Part shown: in pieces, positions 52,386-64,000 of the stretch
Layout: the number at the start of each line of letters is the position of its first letter
Numbering within the stretch: the first letter of the stretch is position 1
Assembly: GCA_951406725.2 (NCBI GenBank)
Contig: OX597815.1
Span: forward strand, 27,342,001-27,406,000
Length of the DNA stretch: 64,000 nt
Origin: Octopus vulgaris
Taxonomy: Eukaryota
Direction of reading: 5' to 3'
The notes under the pieces: generated by a model
What the model was told of the DNA's origin: nothing
The model's database searches: none
What the model saw: the letters and a program-made list of their open reading frames with translations, nothing else
Made by a program: the position numbers and the translations under genes

Positions 52386-53296
52386 TATAGAATATAACTA
52401 ATTCACAAATACGTAAGTAATTATTTGATAGGATCTTACACATTTCAGACTTGATATGGCTACTCTCAATTAAACTTGGGTCAAATACAATTGTATACGC
52501 GAGGTTAATATCACTGTCTTTTATCAGTTTAACAGACTGAGCAGGATTTGAAGTTCGCAATATTCTATTTAATAATATTTTGGGAACAATTACTGTTTCT
52601 CAACCTTTAGCGTTCCTAAAACTGAGTTCAAGAGTAGTTCTTACTAGTTGCTCTCTCCATATTTGCTCCAACTTTTTTGATCTCATATAGAAACAAGAGA
52701 CGCATTCTACTGTTGTTGGCAGCATATTTTGTAATATTGTGATGACGTTGTTGTTATTTAGTCCCAAGTCTACCTTGATGGATCACCCAGGCCGTAACCA
52801 AACCGACATTTTTTCAAACACTATGTTTTCCTGAACTGTATTTTCCACTCAATTTTACTTTTTTAAGGTAGTAGGTGTGATTTGAACGATATTTAACAGT
52901 GATATCTCGCAGGTTTATCAACCACATAAATGTAAAGGTTTCCTTGTCGACTCGGGGATGACACTATTATCCTGATAGACGTCAATACTAGAACGTGGTA
53001 AATGTTCACGGTTCACATATTGTTAGGTCATTGAATAACATGGATCAAAAGTTGATTATTCTTTATAAATTGTAGTCTCTATGTTCTCAGCTCACTTTTT
53101 TAATCCTATTGTTCAGCTACCAGTCATTAGAAATCGGAATCGAGCTGCCTACAGGAATCAGACGATACACAATGCAATCTAAAAATATTTCACATTGTAA
53201 GTGGCAAACTATCCCATATTACAATACGTGTCTCTTCATGCGTTGGAAAATGCCGGTGGGTTTGGGTTTTTTTTTAAAGTAGGTTAGACTTGGTCT

Positions 53297-53812
53297 ATTA
53301 GGTTGGTGCAAAAGTAATGTCCGATTTAAAGATCTAAGGTAACAATGAATAAGCCAATGACTATGGAAATATTTATTCATTAACACACTCTCCATTGCTT
53401 TCAGTGACTTCATTCCATCTTTCAGCAACCTTATAAATGTCTCGCTTGTAAAATTCTGAAGGTTTAGAACCAAAATATGAATCCAACTCATTTTCAGTCA
53501 CTTCTCTTGTTAACCTAAGTCCAGCAAAATGGTTCTGTAGTCCTCGGAACAAATGTTAATCAGAAGGAGCAAGGTCAGGAGAATATGAAGGATGAGGCAG
53601 TATTTCCCAACCAATTTCTTCCAAGAGAGTTTTGGTCAGTCGAGCTGTGTGAGGACGAGCATTATCGTGGTGGAAGATGACACCCTTTCTGTAAACCAAG
53701 GATGCTCGCTTTTGGCTCAGAACTGTTTTCAAATGACGAAGTTGCTCACAGTAAAGATTAGCATTAAGTGTCTGGTTGTTGTCCAGCATTTCATAATGGA
53801 TTACTTTGGATG
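53297..53812 (-). mobile_element. Mariner 3' fragment
   Basis: FHHDNARPH and HPSYSPDLAPSD. TIR TATTAGGTTGGTGCAAAAGTAAT. Confidence 0.88.
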
Positions 53813-53821
53813 AAGTCCTGC

Positions 53822-53892
53822 TCTTCATCAGGTGTCCTGGTAGAATTTTGAACCCAACCCTGGGTTCTTATTCCTAAGGTATTTTTTGCTGG

Positions 53893-53932
<40 letters not shown>

Positions 53933-54004
53933 TATTCAAGACACTGCCTGGAATTGAACTCGCAATCTTGGGGGTAAGTAGCCCGCGCTCTTAACCATTA
54001 CGCT
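53822..54004 (-). mobile_element. Solo PLE pLTR unit truncated inside the hammerhead
   Basis: tRNA-like head, (TAA)n, then ACACCTGATGAAG where it stops. Confidence 0.82.
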
Positions 54005-54143
54005 ATATATAAAATATAGAAAAGTAAAATATAGAACAGTATGAATGCAAGTGTCTAGATTAACTAACTGTGGATCAAAACAGAGCTACGACTGTGTCCT
54101 ACCTTACTAGGCGCCTTTTCCTCACTTCGTGCTTTCTCTACGC

Positions 54144-54343
54144 CAGTGATTCCCAACGTGGGGCATACGCCCCACCAGTGGAGACATGGGAAAATTATAG
54201 TGGGACGTAGGAGCCAATTGTTTTTACTTTTTTAGTGGGATATGGAATTATCTTTTCGCGGCTTTTTTCCAATCAGCGGTGGGGGCAAACATTTTTCTGG
54301 AAAGTTATAGTGGACCCTTAGGGAAAATAGATTGAGAAACACT
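54144..54343. mobile_element. Small hAT (Charlie-type) MITE
   Basis: CAGTGATTCCCAAC at the left end and ATTGAGAAACACTA at the right end. Confidence 0.55.
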
Positions 54344-55097
54344 ACTCTTCATCATGTGATGCGTGACCCCATTTCTAGTGTCGTGGGAATGTTCTTAACC
54401 ACTGTATTCTTCGTGTAATATCGTCTATCAGAAAAGTGCTACATCGAGAGCCCTTCTTGTATTCATGTGATTCTGTTTATATGACATACATAGAGAAAGA
54501 AACTCGCTTATAGTTTAGGGGTCATATAACGAATTCGGGAATGACAAAATTGTCAAATATTAGGGGAATTAGGGGAAGAGCTAGTTAGTTACAACCTGCA
54601 CGATATATCTCACTGGAGTATAAACATGCCCATATCTTAAAATCCCAAATAGGAAATGCACCATGACCCGACGGTATGGGCTATTTAAGAACTTATACAA
54701 AAGACTAAAAATAAATGCCTTCGAGATTTGCCTCTTCAATATTCTTTTGTGCAACAACAATGAAACCTGGACAATCCACTTACCGTGCGTAACAGTACAA
54801 ACTTAACAATGAGGGTGGGACTGAATAACCCAATCGCGCTTCCAGTAATAATTCTTTACCCTATTCTGGGAAAAAAAAAAATTGTGATCAACAACAAAAC
54901 ATTGATATTGCCGAGCTACACACTGGATCTACAACACAGAATGCAACCAAGAAGCAGCCAATGTATAAAGGTGTATAATAGAGAAAGAGCTTTGGTTTAA
55001 ATCGCAATATTCCCACACTAAGGACTCCACCCCCACAAACCACATTCTAATTATATTGTTTGGAAGAAACTTTCAAGAAATCAATGAATGTTAGTAC

Positions 55098-56823
<1,726 letters not shown>

Positions 56824-57292
56824 ATGTTAGCTAACTTCATTATCGCATATTCCTTATCCAATGTGCGTAGATTTTCTTGCACCGTTTAAACCCGTTTTCT
56901 TTAGATTACACGAGGCGTGGTAGGTGTGAAGATGAAATATTGCTGGATTAAGTAAGTGCATTTATTTTTAGGCAATTGAATTTGAATTTTTGGTTGCACT
57001 TGTAGCCATCTTCAAACAGAAACATAAGGAAAAGATTTGCATTTACCGAAAATATAGGCAGGATTGAGAATGATGTTTTAGTTACAAAGAAAAAAAAATT
57101 CTTTCTTGTTTTGGAACTAAAGGCCAGGTATTTTGAGGTGAGGGATTTAGTCGATTCTATTGATTCCAATGCCCAACTGGTACTTTCTTTATCGACGCTG
57201 AAGGGATGAAAGGTAAAGACGACCTTAGTGGAATTTGAACTGTTAAGGTTTTTGCTCGGAGTACTAACGATTCTGCCAGCTCGCCGACATAT

Positions 57293-57702
57293 TCTTACTC
57301 TCTTTTTTACTCTTTTACTTGTTTCAGTCATTTGACTGCGGCCATGCTGGAGCACTGCCTTTAGTCGAGCAAATCGACCCCAGGACTTATTCTTTGTAAG
57401 CCCAGTACTTATTCTATCGGTCTCTTTTTGCCGAACCGCTAAGTGACGGCGACGTAAATACACCAGCATCGGTTGTCAAGCAATGCTAGGGGGACAAAGA
57501 CAGACACACAAACATACACACACATATATACATATATACATATATACGACGGGCTTCTTTCACTTTCAATCTACCAAATCCACTCACAAGGCATTGGTCG
57601 GCCCGAGGCTATAATAGAAGACACTTGCCCAAGATGCCACGCAGTGGGACTGAACCCGGAACCATGTGGTTTGTAAGCAAGCTACTTACCACACAGCCAT
57701 GC
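57293..57702 (-). mobile_element. SINE family B, full length
   Basis: tRNA-like head GCATGGCTGTGTGGTAAG..CCGGGTTCAGTCCC and a (GTAAAAGA)n tail. Confidence 0.9.
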
Positions 57703-57917
57703 TTGTTTTAAATTTCTTAATAATAAAATAGCTATAACCCCAAAACTGTCTACTGATTTGTGAGGGCAGCCATACCAGTCACAGTAGATACTTCCGGAGA
57801 AAAGAAAAGAAAAGATGTGTATATTTTGAAGAAAAACCGGAGTGGGAAAGATGATTTAAAGTCCTCTGGCTGTATTCTTCTCAGACCGCATACTTGAAAA
57901 ATACGCGCGCGCGCACA

Positions 57918-58024
<107 letters not shown>

Positions 58025-58373
58025 ACATACACACACACACATGCACGCACGCACGCATGTACACAAATATATATATAACTGTGTGTTTCTTTACCGGATT
58101 AGTTTGACGCTAATCCGGCTAATCAACACAAATTCTTGTCTACATCCGTTGGAAGTTAAATAGTGAGTCTTGCCAATTAACTTTCACAGCTCGAAGCATC
58201 ATGATATTAACGAATGATTTGGCTTTCAACACAAAACTAAACCTCTAGGCCCTTCTACTAGAAGTGTGAAGAGAATTTTTTGCACGAAATTATAAACTCT
58301 GCATGTATGTATGTATGTATGTATGTATGTATGTATGTATGTATGTATGTATGTATGTATGTATGTATGTATA

Positions 58374-58606
58374 GGGCGGTGAGCTGGCAGAATCGTTAGT
58401 ACACCGGGCGAAATGTGTAGCCGTATTTCGTCTGCTGTTAAGTTCTGAGTTCAAATTCCGCCGAGGTTGACTTTGCCTTTCATCCTTTCGGGGTCGATAA
58501 ATTAAGTACCAGTTACGCACTGGGGATCGATGAAATTGACTTAATCCGCTTGTCTGTTCTTGTTTATCCCCTCTGTGTTTAGCCCCATGTGGGTAGTAAA
58601 GAAATA
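58374..58606 (+). mobile_element. SINE family A within (TATG)n
   Basis: Full-length match. Confidence 0.9.
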
Positions 58607-58640
58607 TGTATGTATGTATGTATGAATGTATGTATGTATG

Positions 58641-58704
<64 letters not shown>

Positions 58705-59048
58705 AAATATTTAGTCGCATCATCTTACATATATTTCCTTAACAAAGAGTGATTATTAGTTATATAATATTACTTTGCATAATCAAAATGCATTATCAAA
58801 TTTTCAGAGACGTGTAACCTTCAAACACAATATTACTGGGTTATTGACAGGAGTTACCATCAATGAGGTGGGGATCGCAACTATCTGACTGCTATCCCCT
58901 ATGAGGGTAACATCCGTCAATAATCCAATAATGTTACGTTTAAAAATTACACATCTCTGGAGATTTGACGATACATTTTGATTATCTAAAATAGCATTAT
59001 ATAACTGATATCCAGTCTTTGTTCGTAAGATGATGTTAGTAAATATTT
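58705..59048. repeat. ~340-bp imperfect palindrome (foldback/MITE-like)
   Basis: Symmetric pairs include CATCATCTTAC/GTAAGATGATG, AGTTATATAAT/ATTATATAACT and ATAATCAAAATG/CATTTTGATTAT. Centre near 58883. Confidence 0.85.
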
Positions 59049-59452
59049 TAAAAACAACTTTTTATGCTTTGTTTTATTTTCTACATGTATTCTGTGAAAC
59101 TTTGGATTCATTATAAATAATATAAATGCAATAACACGAATGGGAATTCACTTGGAGTTTTAAATACTGGTTATTTGTTGTGCAATCTAAATTTTAAATC
59201 AACCTGTATAAATAAATATATGTATGTAAATTACGTTGAAGAACAATTTTTAACCATTTGCAAAGAATACAAAAACTTAAATTCTCATTTCATTTATTTC
59301 TTGGTGTCAATATTGCCGTAGCACAGCTGCGACCCGGTCGCTGGCACAGTTCCAACGGTTTTGAGGTGTTTTTACACGGCTAAACTCGTTCTGTCGTGTG
59401 TATAATATATATAATGTATGCATATATAATGCTATGTATGTATGTATGTATG

Positions 59453-59483
<31 letters not shown>

Positions 59484-59484
59484 T

Positions 59485-59957
<473 letters not shown>

Positions 59958-60195
59958 ATAATTGTTCATTTCCAACTGTTTTCTACATCAATTTGTGCGT
60001 TTCTGAGGTTCACTTGATTTATAACCTTGCTTTTTTGGGGGGTTTTTTTTTGTTTTCCTTTTTTCTTGTGGTCATCAGAACTAGTCAAGTAGGGTTCACT
60101 TCCCAGCAGCACATTACTATTATTATATTTGCTATCCTTAACACTATCGTAACAGCTATAGTAATTAATGTCACTTTCGTGACCGCTTATATGTA

Positions 60196-60630
60196 TGTAA
60201 CAATATTTATTCGAATACAACCCGATCTTAAATGCAAAGCAACTACACCCTCATCCTCAGACATTTTGCATCTAAAAAGCCGTAATCTAAAAAGCTGTAC
60301 TATATTTTATTCACTTATCTTTTTTTTTTACCTGTGGGGAAACCGGCAGCCGAGTCCACAGGACTATTTACGATGTTCACTCGTGTGAGCCAAGAAGATA
60401 CGGTGTTCGTTCCCGCTTCGAAGTGAGAGCTTCTCTGTGCGTAGGGTTTTCCCTGAGAGAAGTCGAGCCACGTCCGATCGCTAGCGCTGCTCTGCCACAA
60501 AGACTGATTTAGTGGTCAAGCTTTCATGTTGCAGTTCCTGCGCATGCGCATGAGGAAACTTCCGGTGGCCAACCGGAAGTAACCCAATTCTGCACATGTA
60601 CGCTGAAACTTACACAGTAACGTCACTACA
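60196..60630 (-). promoter_or_regulatory. LTR-like segment or promoter with ETS and NRF1-type motifs and a splice donor
   Basis: Minus strand begins TGTAGTG and ends AATAAATATTGTTACA. Inverted CCGGAAGT pair at 60558-60580, TGCGCATGCGCA at 60539-60550, donor-like CAG|GTAAAA at ~60331. Confidence 0.45.
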
Positions 60631-63399
60631 AATGCTTACCCTTTTCCAGTTTTGACTCATGGTACCATATTGAATTTCTCGCGTTATACACGAGTAAATA
60701 TGTTATTCGTGTGTGTATGTGTGTGGTTGTTACCATAGAGCTGTTGTTGTTGTCGTCATCGTTTAACCCAACCTCAAGTCAGCTCTAATACAGCAAAGCT
60801 ATGACCAAAACCGCTCCCACCGTGACCATTCCGTCTTATTTAATCTTCATTATCCAATGTCTCGGTCTTTTTCTTTCCATTTTTTAAAAACATTTGAGTA
60901 TTTGAAGGAGATGAACTGCTATATTTAGCATGTTTAGTTACCCTGTAGAGGTTCACCAGTTAGCTCGTTGCAGCTGTTGTTGGGTGTAACTTTATAATTT
61001 TACTGCCGTTCTTGTTACCTGTGTAGTTATTAAAATCCCTAAACATCAGATAATTTTATTAACTTTTTATATTTTTACCAACACAGAGCAATCACTAATT
61101 TCCTCGGACTACAGTTTTCTTCTCTTTGTTGTTGTTAATTTTGTTATTATTCTTGTTATTTTTACTGTTAGTATTCTCAAATTTATTGTTCTGTTATTTC
61201 TGTATTTTTCCCAATATAGAATCGACAGCTGTCGTTACAAATATCGATTTCACGCATTGGCAAAAGACCACAGATATTTTGGGAGGGCATTAGTTGATTG
61301 ATCGACTATAATCGAACTTAATACTTGACTCGTACCTTATTTTATCGACCCCGGAAGGATGAAAGGCAAAGTTGACTTCAACAGGATTTAAACTCAGAAC
61401 GTTAAGAGCTGTAACAACTATCGATTAACGAGCTTCTAAACAAGAATGGTTCTGCGTCGATTTCCACGATGAGTATGCAGTTGTTAAATCAGCCGAACTA
61501 CCTGTTAATTGAATTAACACGTAAGTGGCTGAGTATTTCACCGACATGCGTGTCCTTAAAATAGTCCTCGAGCAGAATCAATGTGACAAGGCTGGATCTT
61601 TACATTAGAGGCACAATCCATCCGATGAGTTTCCACTTACCTAGATTTAATTATAAGGCTTGGATCGATTCGAAGCTATGTTAAAAATACCTGCCAAGAA
61701 TTACTAGCGTTGCGGTGTGGTGGGGCGGTTGGGGCGGTCTGTCTGGGGCGGTCTGCCTGTGGCAGCACTTTTGGGTCTGCTGTAGGCAATATGAATTTTT
61801 TGTGGGGTCCGAGGACGGCAAACGGAAGGGCCGGCCCGGGCGGCATACACTCTAACTGCACTTGTGCCAAGAAGCCATGTGGTGAGGTCAAGCCCTGACC
61901 TCGTGATCGCGAGACGAACTTTAAACTAACCATTCAGCCATTTTGTATCCACTAATACTCATATACACACATGCTGATAGTCACAAACATGGTTACTGTC
62001 GTCATGCTGTGTTGCTTGGAACTAATTCAAGTGTAGTTTCGTATTCTGACTGTTATTATTGAAAGGGGGCAATTTACTTCACCCTATTCCGACTGAGAAT
62101 AACATAAAACAAAGAATAAATAAATGTTTATATAAATACATGTGTATATTTTAAAATTTAATTAGTGCAAACTCGGATGTCTGTAAACAACATAGAATCA
62201 AAAGGCATGTATTCGTTGAAGCTTACATAGGATCCTCAACAAATATGAACTTAATTAAAAAAGTAAAAATAACTCTCAGTCAAAGTAGATTCTTGATGTC
62301 AGCACATTATTGCAAATGTGTTATGTATGAGACACGGCATAAATTATTTCCTTATGACTCTGCTTTTGGTAGCCAATGGATCCAATTACGACTTTACCAA
62401 AAAATTCGTTTTCAAGAACAGCAAAAACAAACCAACAACTGTGAGGCACGGTAGAGAAAATGGTAATAAGGAACAACAATTTTACTTGAAGACCTAGTTT
62501 TAATCTTGTACACCTTGCGTTCATAGCTGAGTTTGCCGGGGTATTAGAAAAGAAAATTCCAAGCATGGAAACAAAAATTATAATCAAGAGGCCTCAGTGT
62601 AAACCCAGCAAAGACTTAAGTTAGTAACTTTCCCGCTGAGTTCAGTTATCCCACACCAGCACCAATCTGGTACTATTTACTTTCGCAGTAAACACCAGAC
62701 TTGGTAAGGCGCGCTTTTTTATGAGTCACCATATCTTGAAACAGGAATGCATGAAACACCAGGTAGCGACCCAGAAGGCATCAACCGAATATATTAAAAT
62801 ATAAGCACGCATACATACATACATACATACATACATACATACATACATACATACATACATACATACATACATACATACATACATACATACATACATACAT
62901 TATTATGGCTGCCCCCTCGTTATCGAGTATGGCCATTGTACGAAGCTTCACTGTTACTGGTGCTGTGATCGAATGTGACTTTTTAGCCCAGCTAAAGATC
63001 TACAATGTCTTGTACAGAATTGGCAACTAAATCCTTTACCGGTAATAGCCGGCTGTAGTTGTAACTGGGATGTACCTTTGCATGCCGTTTAAGTATAGTA
63101 GGATAAATAATATGCAGTTCTGGGAAGTTTCCACATACAATAAATCAATATACCACAACGTTTGTTGCGTCAGAGCTCATACCAACATTTGAGCTATTTG
63201 ATTGCACACTAGATGAGATTCGAGCTATTGATTTCGAAAATTGTTAATCCATACCAGAAATTTCCACATCAACACTGATGTTGACTACCTCATCTTAAAA
63301 TGAAAGCAAGGCGGCAGAGGCTTAATCTCAAATCTAACAGCATTTGAATGTGGCATCATATCCCTTCGATATCTTTTAACCACCAAATGTTGAAGTCCA

Positions 63400-63770
63400 A
63401 TTATGGTTCAAGTCTGCGTACGTGAAGCTGATAACATTCAGAATGTTGGAAAGGAACTTCTCAGAAAGTATCCTCTGACACCCCCGAGAAGTCGCACAAT
63501 TCTAAAGCAAAAAGCCGTTGGAAGAGAAAATGTTTACATAATAAAAGGTCGTGCATGGCTATATTCCCAGAAAACTTCAAAGTGATAGCAACATTGACGA
63601 CTAAAGCAGTCCAGAAAAGTTCTGGATTAACAACTGAGATATTAGTTCTCACTTTAAAAGATACGAATTTTGCAATACGGGAGCAGGACATAAACACAAA
63701 CATGTCTGATGCTCAAAAAGGAAAGGGCAGCAGGTAAATCACCTGTATGCGACAAACCTTATCTCAACAT
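63400..63770 (+). mobile_element. Highly decayed R4/Dong-like LINE fragment
   Basis: HGY motif and FAIREQDINTN, comparable to the AAQDQ/AQEQ motif before the zinc knuckle. Confidence 0.4.
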
Positions 63771-64000
63771 TCAGTCATCGCTTCCATAAACATTCTTCTC
63801 TTCCATCACCCTCCCCCTACACCTTCACACCTCACAGACACACGCACACACACACATACAGATTCCTCATCTCTTCTACTGCCTTGTCCTCTTAACACGC
63901 CCGCGTACTCCACCACTTTCACACACACACACACACGTATTTACACACATGATCTGCTTGACTCATGCATACCCATACATATTTACTCTTCGCACACATA

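Overview
AT-rich eukaryotic DNA made up almost entirely of interspersed repeats and microsatellites. From recall, the repeat set looks like a coleoid cephalopod, probably Octopus; this is an inference and was not checked against a database. No intact host protein-coding gene, rRNA, genuine tRNA gene or CRISPR array can be supported. The window holds three tRNA-derived SINE families, decayed LINEs (R4/Dong inserted in (TAA)n, RTE, CR1-group), a 5'-truncated Penelope-like element (PLE), Tc1/mariner, pogo, hAT and Merlin-like elements or MITEs, non-autonomous Helitrons, LTR-like segments and long palindromes. The most notable observation is the PLE terminal repeat (pLTR): a tRNA-like Pol III head (A and B boxes), a (TAA)n spacer, a minimal type-I hammerhead ribozyme and a 3' hairpin. 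The same unit also occurs alone, like a SINE, three more times. Four other, unrelated, degenerate hammerhead-like motifs are also present. No single hammerhead copy here has a fully intact core and helix II; the intact ribozyme is seen only in the consensus of the copies. Coordinates were counted by eye and may be off by a few bases.
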